This document shows positions 24,756-35,694 of a stretch of DNA of 64,000 bases, one piece after another. Origin of the DNA: an uncultured Desulfospira sp. (GTDB taxonomy: Bacteria; Desulfobacterota; Desulfobacteria; Desulfobacterales; Desulfobacteraceae); assembly GCA_963663165.1 (NCBI GenBank), contig OY760175.1, positions 1,024,001 to 1,088,000 on the forward strand. Reading direction: 5' to 3'. The position numbers and the translations under genes are program-made. The notes below the pieces were generated by a model. The model worked only from the letters and a program-made list of their open reading frames with translations, ran no database searches and had not been told where the DNA came from. Position 1 is the first letter of the stretch; the number at the start of each line of letters is the position of its first letter.

Positions 24756-25846
24756 TTAGCATTCCAGAACTCTGATTTCATTATCATGGTCAGCAAATTC
24801 CGTTGCAATGGCCTTGAAATCCTGGGCAAGCACCTTAAAGGCATCCACCATTTCAGGATCAAAATGGCGGCCCCGCCCCTCAAGAATAATGTTCACCGCT
24901 TTTGAATGGGGAAACGCCGGTTTGTATACCCGCTGGGTGATCAATGCATCATAAACATCAGCAATGGCCATCAGGCGCCCCTCTACAGGAATTTCATTTC
25001 CTGAAAGGCTTGCGGATATCCGGAACCGTCCCATTTTTCGTGATGGGTCAAGGCAATGGACCCCGCACATTTTAAAAAAACCCCGATTTCCAGCCGCGCA
25101 TGACTGGTCGTCAATACTTTATACCCGAACAGGGCATGGGACTGCATGACTTTGAACTCATCTTCGGTGAGTTTTCCCGGCTTTTTCAGAATGGCGTCGG
25201 GTATGCCCACTTTTCCGATATCATGCAGTGGCGCAGATTTATAAATCCGGTTTATGATCTCTTCATTCAGAATTCGGCTGTACCCCGGAAGGGTTTTAAG
25301 ATAGTCGGCCAGACATTTGATATAATGCTGGGTTCGTTTGATATGTCCCCCTGTCTCAGGGTCCCTGAACTCCGCAAGGGCACCGATACTTTCCAGGCTC
25401 ATTTCCTGTGTTAATAACAGTTCCTTTGTTCGGCGGATAACCAGGCTTTCAAGGTGGTCTTTATGCTGTTTCAATTCCAGGTGATTCTTTACCCGGGCCT
25501 TGACCAACGCTGCCCGGAACGGCTTCGTGATATAGTCCACCGCCCCGAGCGCAAGCCCTTTGGCCTCATCCTCCTCTTCAGACAGGGCCGTCAGGAAAAC
25601 CACAGGGATATCCCGGGTGATCTTTTGGGACTTAAGCCTTGTGCACACCTCATATCCGTCAATTCCAGGCATGATGATATCCAATAAAATCAGGTCCGGC
25701 AGATGATTTCCAACGATTTCCAATGCGGATTCTCCGTCCATGGCCACGCTGACCCGGTAATCGTCGCCCAAAGCCTCCACCAGGATATCCACATTGGCTT
25801 CAACATCCTCTACAACCAGAACCCGCATCTGCGACAAGTCACCCAT
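24756..25846 (-). pseudogene. REC + HD-GYP c-di-GMP phosphodiesterase response regulator, frameshifted near 25009
   Basis: One frame reads to HHEKWDGSGYPQ; the continuation LSGNEIPVEGRLMAIADVYDAL..RVYK..HFDP is in another frame; one inserted G restores a 363-aa protein. Confidence 0.85.
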
Positions 25847-28800
25847 CTTCCTTTTGTCCTATATTTTCCAGTTTGGTAATCAGTTTATCAATGAGTTCTT
25901 CAGCCGGTTTAAACCGGTATTTTAATATCAGCCGGCCCAGTTCTGCCACATCAGGTCCAAACCCTTCGGGCCACTCACAGGCCCCGATCAATTTTATCCG
26001 GTCTTTTGCCGGTTTTGCTTCCCGTTTTTTCACGTACGGGCTAAGGTCTTGGAGCATGGCAGCAAGTTCAGCGCCCGACCTGGCAACCCCCTGCCCGCCC
26101 GGGGGGTCATTTTCAAAAATAGTGTTTAACAGCCGGTCAACAGAGGCCAATACCAGGGGAAGAATGTTAGACAAATCGGCCATTAAGGGAGGGTATTCCG
26201 AAACCGTTTCGTACCGAAATACGTTTTCCAGGTTTTCGGCAATGGACTGAAGATCTGTCATGCCGATGTTCCCGGACACCCCTTTAAGGGAGTGGGCAAA
26301 CCGTCTGGCCTCCTCATCCTGTCCTTTTTCAATGAGTTCGCTTAAGTCCTGATGGGCATTGGCATAGGTCTGTTTAAATTTATTGAGCAACTCCAGATAA
26401 AGGGCCTGGTTCTTGTCCAGGCGTGAAAGGGCCTGCTTAACCTCAATTCCCGGGACATCCCAAAGGGTTATCTCGCGGTCCGGTCTTTGCTCAAATCCCG
26501 GGGGCAGCGGCCGGGCCCCCGGCTTGATCCATCTGGCGAGGGCACTGAACAACTCGTTAAGGTCTATGGGCTTGCTCACATGGGCGTTCATGCCGGCATC
26601 CATGGCATTTGCCCGGTCCCGGGGCATGGCAGATGCGGTCATGGCAATGATGGGCAGCTCCCGGCCGTCCTTGTGCCGCCTGATTTCACGGGTGGCCTCA
26701 TAGCCGTCCATCACCGGCATCTGAAGGTCCATGAGGACCAGGTCAAACGCTTGGGCCAAGGCCATCGAAAAGCCTTCTTTCCCATTGTTTGCTATCTGGA
26801 CAAAAAAACCGGCGCTTTCCAGGATCTGCCTTGCAACCTGCTGGTTGATATCATGATCTTCTACCAGAAGAATTTGGGCACCCAGGATGTTGCGGGGAAG
26901 TTTCGGGTTCTTGGACCGTTTGCGTAAGATCCGTTTCTGTCCGCCAAAGGCACCGATAAGGCTGTTAAAAAGGGTGGAATGGGTCGCGGGTTTGACCAGG
27001 ATATCATCAATGGCCATTTTCTCGGCCATTGAAAGGGCCGTGCCATTCCCACAGGGGCAGGTTAATATTATTTTTGGCCGGCCGGCGCCGGACCCAAGTT
27101 TCCTGATCTCCCGTATGGTTTCAAATCCATCCATTTCCGGCATCTGAAGGTCAACCAATACCAGGTCATAGGGCTGTTCAGCAGACTTAATCATGGAAAG
27201 GCCCTCCTTTCCTGATGCAGCTTGCCGGGCCTTGAGAGAAAAGATACCCAGCATTTGCATAAAGATTTCCCTTGACGCCGAATTATCATCAATGACCAAT
27301 ATATTTATCTTTGCCATATCATCATTCAGTACCGGCAAAGGCCCTGATGCCATGCTGCCTTTTTCTAAGGGGACTGTGAAAGAAAAGGTACTGCCTTTGC
27401 CTGCCTGGCTTTTAACAGTGATTTGCCCCCCCATCATTTCAACGATTCGCTTTGAAATGGTCAAGCCAAGGCCCGTCCCTCCGTATCGCCTGGTGGTAGA
27501 AGAATCCCCCTGGCTGAACGCTTTGAATATTTTTTTTTGCTGTTCTCCGGTCATGCCGATGCCGCTGTCCGTGACTGAAAACTTTAAGACAATTTGATTG
27601 TCCGTCTTTTCCAGTACATCCGCCGATACCAGGATGTGGCCTTTTTCGGTAAATTTTACGGCATTATTGCCAAGGTTAACCAGAACCTGGTTCAGCCTTA
27701 AGGGGTCCCCTTTCAAACTGCCGGGTACCTCAGGGTCCAATCTGAACAATACTTCCAGATCTTTTTTCTTCTCTGCCTTGACGGTGATGAGGCCGGCAAG
27801 GTTCTCCATGGTTTCATCCAGACTGAATTCAATAATTTCCAAGTCCATTTTGCCGGCTTCAATTTTCGAAAAGTCCAGAATGTCGTTGATCAAATTTAAT
27901 AAGGATCTGGCCGAGATGTCGATTTTGTTCACATAATCTTTTTGCCGGTTATCCAGCCCTGTTTCCAGAATCAGGTGCGTCATGCCGATAACCGCATTCA
28001 TAGGGGTACGGATCTCATGGCTCATGTTGGCCAGAAATTGACTTTTGGCCTGGTCAGCATCCTGGGCTTTTCTCTTTTCCGCTTTGGCAACGGCCACAGC
28101 CCTGGCCAGTTTCTCGTGGCTTTCCATGAGGGCCTGTTCCGCCCGTTTGCGCTCGCCCACCTCTTTTTTTAATTTGCTGTTGGAAAATAAAATAATCCCC
28201 AGGATGGTTCCCGATACAAGGGTCATGCCCAGGATCCATCTGAACAGTAGATCCCAGTCTATCCGGTGTTCAAACTGCATGGAAATCCAGGAATTCCGAA
28301 TCTGGTCTTTTTCTGACTCCGGTATGGATTCAAGGGCTTTGTCGAGGATCCCCACAAGCTCGGGCCAGTCCCTTCTCACACCGATGGATAAATTAAACTT
28401 GTAAGGGGTAACCGCAGAAATTTTGATGTTGGTCAGCCCCAGTTTTTTGGTGCAATAAGTAATAGAGGCCAAATTTCCCACAAAAACGTCTGCATGGCCC
28501 TGACTGACCTGAATCAAGCCCTCATCGACGGATTCAGTGGGGGTTAGCTTTAGATATTCGTACCGGTTTCTAAGGATTTCGTGGGAAACATAATCTTTAA
28601 CCACCGCCACCTGCATTTTTCCAAGTTCATCAAGCCCGCCGATAAACGGAAAATCTGTCCTTGCCGCAACGACCATGGGAAAGGACAGATACGGTTTGGT
28701 AAATGACAAAAATTTTGCCCTGTCCAGGCTGGGTGAAATACAGGGGAAAATGTCAATTTGCCGGTCTTTTCCCATGCCAATGGCCCGGGACCAGGTCAAT

Positions 28801-31193
28801 CCCTTTAACGGGGCCATGGAAAGGCCAAGTTTTTTATTGATCCGCTTGACATATTCCGAGGAAAGGCCTGAATACTCGTCCTCTTTGGAAAAAAACTCAA
28901 AGGGCGGCCAGGCAGGATCAATCCCGAGCCTGATGTCGGGATGGGCTTTTAACCATTCTTTTTCCTTGCTGGAAAGGAAATCGTCAGTCTCGTGCTCCGT
29001 GTCACCGGGAAGTTCCAGCCACCGCTGGTTGATCAGCCTGTGAGACTCCTGGGAGATGTGTTCAATGGCTTTGTTAACGGATGAAACAAGCAGCGGCCAG
29101 TCTTTGCGTATCCCCATGCGCAGCCTGGATCCGGGCCATGGGGACGGGGCCGTGACTTTCAGGTCGTCGATCCCTGTCTTCCTGAACAGATATTTGATGA
29201 CCATAAGATTGCCGATATAAGCGTCGGAAATCCCTTTGCGGACACTCTCAAGGGCGGTCTGCGTATCGTTGACCGGTATGAGAATAACCTGGGGATATTC
29301 TTCCTTCAACCGGGTATGAAGCAGATACTTGTCCTCAATCGAAACGGTCCTGCCGGCCAGGGTTTCAACGCCTGAAATGCCCTGGCTCTTTTTGTGGGAG
29401 ACAATGACATAAGGGCAGACAAAATACGGATCACTAAATGCCAGATACCCTTCCCGGTCCCCGTCTCTGGCAATACAGGTGATGCCGTTTGCCTTTTTTG
29501 ACTTGACCAGATCCATCATCTGGCGCCAGCTATAATCGGTGATCACCTCAAACCGGATGCCGAGTCGGCGGCCGATCAGCTTGATATAGTCGGCGGCCAC
29601 ACCTTTGTAATGGCCTGTCCGGTCGGCAAATCCAATAGGGGGCCATTTGGCATCGCCTAAAATGGGAATCACCTGGTGGGATTTGAGCCATTTTTTTTCC
29701 TCGGGACTCAGTATGGACGCCAGAGAATCCGCCCCAAAACGGCGCATATTCGGATCTTTTATCCATCTGGCCTCAATATCCGCGAGTTCTACGGCGGAAA
29801 GGGCCTTCAGACCTTTGTTGACTGTGCCGATCAGTTGTGGGTTATTTCCGGCCACGCCCGCATGAAGGGTGTGGGTTACCCGCCCTTCCGGCATAAGGCC
29901 GTACACCCCCTGCTCGCCCCTGAGTTCAAGCTGTGCCGAGACATAGGGCAGTTCAGCGAAAAATACATCAAAGGTTCCCTGGGAAGCTTCCTGAATAATA
30001 TCCTGGGCTGAGGACAGAACATGGACGGATTTGGCATCGGCTTTCAGATGATTAAATTGAACCGTCCCGCCTTCAACCCCGATTTTTCTATCGCCCAAAG
30101 CGCGAAGACTTTGGGGCGCCCCCGGACCAAGCCTGTAAAAAAAGCCGCTTTCCAACTGGTAAAACGGCTGGGAAAATTTAAAAATTTTTTCGCGTTTTTC
30201 AGACCTGAACAGCCCTGAATGGATGTCCGCACGGCCATCCTCAAGGGCTGTCAGGGATTGTTCCCAGTCAAAAAATTTAAACTGTATTTTTTTTCCTGTT
30301 TTGACGGACCAGAGCCGCCACAGGTCTACCAGCATGCCCGAAGGATTCCCGGAGGCACTGACCATGGACATGGGGGGATAATCATTGCAGCAGGCAATGA
30401 CCAGGATGTCGTCTTTTGAATCCTTTGTTCTTCCGGTCCATTTCTGGATAACCGTCTCTTTTTCAGCAGGGTCAATGGCCGCCATTCCGGTTTTGATAAT
30501 CTCGGCAAGTGTATGGTTTCCGTGGCGCACCGCGCAAAACCAGCTGGCTTCGTAAAGGGGGTCCTGTTCAAAATACCGGTACTGGTCTGCAATCCCTTTT
30601 TCATCAAGCAACGCCAGTGCAATATTGGTATCTTTGACAAAGGCAATAATATCGCCTGATTTCACCGCATCAAAAAGGGACCGGTTATCTGGAAAAACAG
30701 CCAGATAGGCCTGGGGCATTCTCATTTTCAAATAAGAAATAGCGGCATCTCCTTCAATGATGCCGATCCGAAACCCCCTTAAATCATCAAGGTTTTTCAC
30801 CCCCAGTATATTTTTCCTGAAAAAGAAATGGGTGCTGACTTTTGCTACAGGGGAAACGAAATCCAGTTTTTCACTTCGCTTTGGATTGTAAAAACAGCCC
30901 CCGTGGATATCCGCTTTGCCCTCATAAACGGCGGTCAGTGTCTGTGAAAAGGGCATGGGGTTGAATATGACTTTTATGCCGGACCGCTCTGACCACAGCT
31001 TCCAGATATCGACCACCAGGCCTGAAGGACGTTGCTTGCGGTCTAAAAAATAATAAGGAACGCTGTCGTTTCCGACGGCGACGACAACCTGCTCCGGTAC
31101 TGGACTGCCCGGGGAATCCGATACCATTACCAGGCACACGGACACAACAACTAAAACAGATCGAACAAACAAGCTGAGATTTTCCACACGCAT
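25839..31193 (-). CDS. Hybrid sensor histidine kinase: four periplasmic solute-binding domains, HisKA, HATPase, two REC, Hpt
   Basis: Four PP/PY-type SBP starts, FLANMSHEIRTP, GGTGLGL, two DLQMP receivers, AHSLKG. Confidence 0.93.
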   Translation of the reverse strand: MRVENLSLFVRSVLVVVSVCLVMVSDSPGSPVPEQVVVAVGNDSVPYYFLDRKQRPSGLVVDIWKLWSERSGIKVIFNPMPFSQTLTAVYEGKADIHGGCFYNPKRSEKLDFVSPVAKVSTHFFFRKNILGVKNLDDLRGFRIGIIEGDAAISYLKMRMPQAYLAVFPDNRSLFDAVKSGDIIAFVKDTNIALALLDEKGIADQYRYFEQDPLYEASWFCAVRHGNHTLAEIIKTGMAAIDPAEKETVIQKWTGRTKDSKDDILVIACCNDYPPMSMVSASGNPSGMLVDLWRLWSVKTGKKIQFKFFDWEQSLTALEDGRADIHSGLFRSEKREKIFKFSQPFYQLESGFFYRLGPGAPQSLRALGDRKIGVEGGTVQFNHLKADAKSVHVLSSAQDIIQEASQGTFDVFFAELPYVSAQLELRGEQGVYGLMPEGRVTHTLHAGVAGNNPQLIGTVNKGLKALSAVELADIEARWIKDPNMRRFGADSLASILSPEEKKWLKSHQVIPILGDAKWPPIGFADRTGHYKGVAADYIKLIGRRLGIRFEVITDYSWRQMMDLVKSKKANGITCIARDGDREGYLAFSDPYFVCPYVIVSHKKSQGISGVETLAGRTVSIEDKYLLHTRLKEEYPQVILIPVNDTQTALESVRKGISDAYIGNLMVIKYLFRKTGIDDLKVTAPSPWPGSRLRMGIRKDWPLLVSSVNKAIEHISQESHRLINQRWLELPGDTEHETDDFLSSKEKEWLKAHPDIRLGIDPAWPPFEFFSKEDEYSGLSSEYVKRINKKLGLSMAPLKGLTWSRAIGMGKDRQIDIFPCISPSLDRAKFLSFTKPYLSFPMVVAARTDFPFIGGLDELGKMQVAVVKDYVSHEILRNRYEYLKLTPTESVDEGLIQVSQGHADVFVGNLASITYCTKKLGLTNIKISAVTPYKFNLSIGVRRDWPELVGILDKALESIPESEKDQIRNSWISMQFEHRIDWDLLFRWILGMTLVSGTILGIILFSNSKLKKEVGERKRAEQALMESHEKLARAVAVAKAEKRKAQDADQAKSQFLANMSHEIRTPMNAVIGMTHLILETGLDNRQKDYVNKIDISARSLLNLINDILDFSKIEAGKMDLEIIEFSLDETMENLAGLITVKAEKKKDLEVLFRLDPEVPGSLKGDPLRLNQVLVNLGNNAVKFTEKGHILVSADVLEKTDNQIVLKFSVTDSGIGMTGEQQKKIFKAFSQGDSSTTRRYGGTGLGLTISKRIVEMMGGQITVKSQAGKGSTFSFTVPLEKGSMASGPLPVLNDDMAKINILVIDDNSASREIFMQMLGIFSLKARQAASGKEGLSMIKSAEQPYDLVLVDLQMPEMDGFETIREIRKLGSGAGRPKIILTCPCGNGTALSMAEKMAIDDILVKPATHSTLFNSLIGAFGGQKRILRKRSKNPKLPRNILGAQILLVEDHDINQQVARQILESAGFFVQIANNGKEGFSMALAQAFDLVLMDLQMPVMDGYEATREIRRHKDGRELPIIAMTASAMPRDRANAMDAGMNAHVSKPIDLNELFSALARWIKPGARPLPPGFEQRPDREITLWDVPGIEVKQALSRLDKNQALYLELLNKFKQTYANAHQDLSELIEKGQDEEARRFAHSLKGVSGNIGMTDLQSIAENLENVFRYETVSEYPPLMADLSNILPLVLASVDRLLNTIFENDPPGGQGVARSGAELAAMLQDLSPYVKKREAKPAKDRIKLIGACEWPEGFGPDVAELGRLILKYRFKPAEELIDKLITKLENIGQKEDG

Positions 31194-31380
31194 TCTATCG
31201 TCCGTAGAGATTACACTGTTGTGAGGATCTATGACTGGGCATTTTATCCGCTTTTAACCCATGCATACCATTTTCCAATCAGCCATGCAATGAAGAAACT
31301 GCCGACAACATCGCCCCGGGATGAACCCGAAGCCATAGTCAGGGACATTCATATGCCCAAAAGGCTTTACCTGAGCTTAG

Positions 31381-32502
31381 TTAAAATTTTGTTGGAAAGC
31401 AGGCGGCCGCCGCATCATGAATTAAAGGCCGAAACAAACGGATCCGCTCATTGGCCCGGGACGGATGGGTCCGGTTGGTCAGCAGAATAACGATCAGGCC
31501 GGATTCAGGATCAATCCAGAACGACGTGCCGGTAAACCCGAGATGGCCTACTGATTTTTTTGAAAACCATTTTCCGGCCGAAGACCTTTCCGGCGACGGG
31601 CTGTCAAACCCGGCCACCATGTCCTGACCCGGATATTTTTTCACAAGGGCAGCCATCACATCAGGGCTGAAAACCTTACCGGGATCACCGCAAAGCGCCT
31701 TTAGAACCTCACAGCAGAAAATATGGACACTTGCCGCATCCCCGAAAAGGCCGGCATGCCCTTCAATGCCGCCGACTGCCCAGGCATTGTCGTCGTCCAC
31801 TTCTCCTGTCAGGGTTTTGTCCCGCCAGGGACAGAACTGGGTGGAAACCAGCCGCGGGCTTATCCGGCTGTCAAGATATGAGGTTTTATCAAGCCCGGTC
31901 CCAGATCCCGGTTCAAGTTCGATAAAAAACAGGTCTCTGATCCCAAGGGGCTGAAAAACCATATTTGCTGCGGCCCGGTCAATTCTTTTGCCCAAAAGGG
32001 TTTCAATGATCCAGGCAAGGAACATAAACCCGATATCGCTGTAAACCTGTGCCTTTCCCGGTTCCCTTTCCAGGGGTTCCCTTAGGATCATCTGCCTTAG
32101 GGTCTGCCGGGTCATTTCCCCGGTCCGGATCAGATGCTTATAATATTTTCGCCAGGCAGCAAGCCCTGAGGTATGCCGCAGCAGCATGTCAACGGTAATG
32201 GCCTGTTTTGGCGTCCCCCTGACCTCGGGGATGATCTCCTTAAGGCGGGTGTCAAAGCTTAACCGGCCCGATTGGATCAGAACAGCTACCAGGGCGGTGG
32301 TGGCCATGGGTTTGGTCAGGGAGGCCAGATCAAAGATCGCGTCTTTTGACACAGGTTTTCCTGTACGAAGATCCGCCACCCCGTATGCCCTGTGGAAAAA
32401 AACCTTATCTTTTTGGGCACACAGGAGGACAGCCCCGGGATACACCCGGCTCCGGACGCCGGCTTCCATGATGTCATTAAGGGCCGCCCGGTTCATTTCC
32501 AT
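31381..32502 (-). CDS. Serine hydrolase, beta-lactamase class C / AmpH-like family
   Basis: FDLASLTK, LLRHTSG, YSDIGF, GHLGFTG. Confidence 0.9.
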   Translation of the reverse strand: MEMNRAALNDIMEAGVRSRVYPGAVLLCAQKDKVFFHRAYGVADLRTGKPVSKDAIFDLASLTKPMATTALVAVLIQSGRLSFDTRLKEIIPEVRGTPKQAITVDMLLRHTSGLAAWRKYYKHLIRTGEMTRQTLRQMILREPLEREPGKAQVYSDIGFMFLAWIIETLLGKRIDRAAANMVFQPLGIRDLFFIELEPGSGTGLDKTSYLDSRISPRLVSTQFCPWRDKTLTGEVDDDNAWAVGGIEGHAGLFGDAASVHIFCCEVLKALCGDPGKVFSPDVMAALVKKYPGQDMVAGFDSPSPERSSAGKWFSKKSVGHLGFTGTSFWIDPESGLIVILLTNRTHPSRANERIRLFRPLIHDAAAACFPTKF

Positions 32503-33371
32503 TGAATGGTTTTATGGGAAGCATCCAGTTCAACCGCTCTGCCCATAATCAAGGAAAGGTTGGTATCCCCGTGTCCGGATTCAATGCCCATTAGGACGGG
32601 AATATTTAACGGCTCAAAAATTTCCATCAGGATTTCCGGAATATAATCGGCATTTTCACATTTTTCAAAAGAGCCGGACACCACGCCGCAAACAGCATCA
32701 AACATGCCGGCCATCTTCATCTGGACCAGGAACCGGTCGATTTTATATGCCGGTTCCCCCACATCTTCAATAAAGAGGACAGAACCGGAAAAATCAGGTT
32801 GAAACGGTGTGCCGATCAGATGGGACAGTGTGGCCAGATTGCCCCCTGTTAACGTTCCGGTGGCTTTGCCTGGAATCAGGCATTCGCCTTGTTCCGCCGC
32901 TATATCCACCGGCACACCGGAAAGGGCCCGGACAAATCCTGAAAGGGTGTTTTCGGGTGCATGGGGCAAAGAAACCAGGTTGGGCCCATGGATCGCCTCA
33001 ATGCCGGCCTCCTGGACCAGGGAAATCAGCAAGGCCGTTATATCTGAATATCCGATAAAGGGCTTGGGCTGTTCCCTGACCGCATCCCAATCGATGCGGT
33101 CCAGAATCCGCATGGCACCGTAACCGCCCCGGGCGGCTATGATCCCTTTAACATCAGGATCGGCAAACAGTTCATTGATCACATCAGCCCTGAGATCATC
33201 GTCCCCGGCCAGATACCGTCGGGCCCCAAAAATCCGGTCCGGCAGGCGAACCTCAAACCCAAGGTCTTTAAGGCACTGAACCCCCTTTTGGAATTCGTCC
33301 TTGTTGAACCGGGAAGACGGGGCTGCCACACCAACGGTATCACCGGGATTAAGCCAGGAAATCTGCGCCAT
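32493..33371 (-). CDS. ldcA: LD-carboxypeptidase (peptidase S66)
   Basis: RGGYGA, GYSDIT, GGNL, EDVGE, GHG. Confidence 0.9.
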   Translation of the reverse strand: MAQISWLNPGDTVGVAAPSSRFNKDEFQKGVQCLKDLGFEVRLPDRIFGARRYLAGDDDLRADVINELFADPDVKGIIAARGGYGAMRILDRIDWDAVREQPKPFIGYSDITALLISLVQEAGIEAIHGPNLVSLPHAPENTLSGFVRALSGVPVDIAAEQGECLIPGKATGTLTGGNLATLSHLIGTPFQPDFSGSVLFIEDVGEPAYKIDRFLVQMKMAGMFDAVCGVVSGSFEKCENADYIPEILMEIFEPLNIPVLMGIESGHGDTNLSLIMGRAVELDASHKTIQWK

Positions 33372-33438
33372 GTCGTAAACCCTTAAAAAAGGCGATTAGG
33401 CTGAAGTTTTCCGCCGTTTCATCCTTCATCCTTTATTA

Positions 33439-33774
33439 TTATCCTTCCCCCCCGGGCAGATACTCCTCCCTTACCGGAGAAAACACCTCAACGGCAACGG
33501 CATCTTCTTCCACCATGGCCGAGTGTTCCACATTCCCGGGAACGGCCCAGGCATCTCCTGGCCCCACTGAAAACGCGTCGGTTCCGATGACCAGGGTCAT
33601 TCTGCCGGACACCAGAAACCCGGTCTGTTCATGGGGATGGGAGTGCTTGGGAAGCCCGGCCCCCTTTTTCAGGTTGAACCTTGTTAACAGGGTCTTTTCC
33701 CCGTAGGCCAGGGTTTTCATTTCAATGCCGTCAGCCGGGCTTGAATATCCTTCATTGGAATGTTTGGTAAACAT
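33439..33774 (-). CDS. Cupin domain protein (probable start 33774)
   Basis: HSHPHEQ, PGNVEH, FSPVREEY; GGAAAG upstream of ATG 33774. Confidence 0.88.
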   Translation of the reverse strand: MFTKHSNEGYSSPADGIEMKTLAYGEKTLLTRFNLKKGAGLPKHSHPHEQTGFLVSGRMTLVIGTDAFSVGPGDAWAVPGNVEHSAMVEEDAVAVEVFSPVREEYLPGGEG

Positions 33775-33787
33775 AGATCTTTCCTTA

Positions 33788-35200
33788 TCAGGGTTTGATT
33801 CTGATGGACGGGTACAAGCCTTTGCGCTCTCCGGTCCGGTAGGGCTGGATAATATTAAAGGAGATGTTCTGGTCATCCTGGGCATGGCCCCGGTTTTCGC
33901 CATCCTCATACAGGGCCCCGTTGGCCTCCAGAATTTTTTTGAGCCTGGCCTTAAAGGCACCGATAAACACAGACCCCTTACCCGAAAAGGTCATCTTCCC
34001 GATGGTCAGGTCTTCCCTGACCTCCGCCAGGTCATCCAGGGCAATGGTCTGGGTGGCCAGATCTTCGGGAGACCCGATATATCCCCAGATCAGATGCTCG
34101 CCGGGAATATCAATGGGAACTGTCGGACTGATGATGGTATGGGGCATGACAATACAGCCTTCCCCGATGCGGATCCGGGCGTCCGGTTTGCCGTTTAAGA
34201 AGGAGTTGAATCCCACAAAACATTCCTGGCCGATATCGGCATGGATGATCTTGCCACCATGGGCCGTAATACAGTTGCCTTCAAGTACGGAATCAATGAT
34301 ATAGGAGTTTTCCTGGGCATTGGAACCGTCTCCCATGGTGGCATCCTCAAGGAAAGATCGCTGGGCCACCAGGACGTTTTCCCCGATACGGGTTTTCCCC
34401 TTGATCACAGCATACCGGTTGACCGCAGAAGTGGACGGCGCATCTATGGGTTCTAAGTGCATGACCTCAAACAGCCGTTCATATTCCTGGTCCCGTTCCC
34501 GGACAAAATCGTAAATCAGCCCCCGGGGCTGGTGGGCATCATTCACCCCAACAAAATTATCCAGGATGCTTTTCTTAAATTTGTATTTAAACTCAAAATG
34601 GGGACTTCTGATCCAGACCGTTCCCGGATCAATCTTCCGGTGAAACAGTTCGCCGACCTGAACATAGGAAAATTCCCCCACAATACACGAATGCAGGTTC
34701 ATCAAATCCACGGTGGCAAAAGGGCCAAGAAAACACCCTTCCAAGGTGGACCCGTGAATATTGGCGTAATGGGTGGAAATGGTGTTTCTTATCACAAATT
34801 CTTCGGGGCTTTCCGGGTTGTGGGAGTTGCTGTGGACCAGGGTTTTGTAAAGCAGGCTGTCCATAATGGCAATCATTTCATCTTCAACCAGGGGGATATT
34901 TTTGGCTGATTTAATGGAGTCGCCCCTTCTTTTGAGTTCATCTCCCCTGACATCACTCTTGTATATGGCGGACCGGCCCACATAACATTTTCCTAGAAAA
35001 TAGCTGCCGGCGATATTGGAATTTTTAAAATGAAAATAAATGGGGTGGCGGGAGGTAATGCCGTAAAACGCATAAAATTTGATCATCTTTTCATGATCAA
35101 GGGCGTTTCTGACAAAGGGCTCGGTGTCGAATTCAAACTCATCTAAGTTAACGTTCACACGGCTGATAATCCGATCGCTGAGTCGCTGTAACTGGCTCAT
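33788..35200 (-). CDS. Left-handed beta-helix (hexapeptide repeat) transferase / gamma-carbonic-anhydrase-like protein
   Basis: Hexapeptide repeats RIGENVLV, GSNAQENSYI, AHGGKI, IGQECFVGFNS, IGEGCIV. Confidence 0.7.
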   Translation of the reverse strand: MSQLQRLSDRIISRVNVNLDEFEFDTEPFVRNALDHEKMIKFYAFYGITSRHPIYFHFKNSNIAGSYFLGKCYVGRSAIYKSDVRGDELKRRGDSIKSAKNIPLVEDEMIAIMDSLLYKTLVHSNSHNPESPEEFVIRNTISTHYANIHGSTLEGCFLGPFATVDLMNLHSCIVGEFSYVQVGELFHRKIDPGTVWIRSPHFEFKYKFKKSILDNFVGVNDAHQPRGLIYDFVRERDQEYERLFEVMHLEPIDAPSTSAVNRYAVIKGKTRIGENVLVAQRSFLEDATMGDGSNAQENSYIIDSVLEGNCITAHGGKIIHADIGQECFVGFNSFLNGKPDARIRIGEGCIVMPHTIISPTVPIDIPGEHLIWGYIGSPEDLATQTIALDDLAEVREDLTIGKMTFSGKGSVFIGAFKARLKKILEANGALYEDGENRGHAQDDQNISFNIIQPYRTGERKGLYPSIRIKP

Positions 35201-35497
35201 AATATATCCTGTATGTTAAGTTTTGATTTTAAGGATTTCCCGGTATCGTTACCAAAAATCCCTGATTTGGGCCTTAAGGGGCATGTTCGTAATTCAATTT
35301 ACGCTCCTTGGGGTTAAAACAGTTAAAAACCAAAAATCCATACCATAGAAATTAACGGCTGACAATAATTTTAGGAACACCTTCAGGGTAAGCGCTGGTG
35401 TCTTTCCAAAAATTAAAATCACTTTTAAATCGGATTACGATTATAATGTAAAGAACGCAGACCGTTAGACCGGATGAGGCAATGCTATTGGATCGAT

Positions 35498-35568
35498 TGT
35501 AGGCCCGATTCATGAATCGCCCTTTCATGAATAACCCTTACGTGGGCAATTCATGAATTGCCCCTACA
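35498..35568. repeat. REP doublet (REPIN-like), GTAG type
   Basis: tGTAGgcccgattcatgaatcgccc ... gggcaattcatgaattgcccCTACa: two inverted palindromic units with GTAG feet. Confidence 0.75.
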
Positions 35569-35637
35569 CCACCATCCCTTGTAATATGATAATCCAAGAT
35601 TCAACTATATTGGAGAATCAAGCTTATCCCCAAAACA

Positions 35638-35672
35638 CAAAGGGCCGCCGGGAAATCCCGGCAGCCCTTTAT
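35638..35672 (-). terminator. Intrinsic terminator after the FDH alpha gene
   Basis: aaagggc(c/t)gccggga / tcccggcagcccttt stem, T-rich tail on the minus strand. Confidence 0.75.
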
Positions 35673-35694
35673 ATTCAGCTGAAAACCTTAACTA

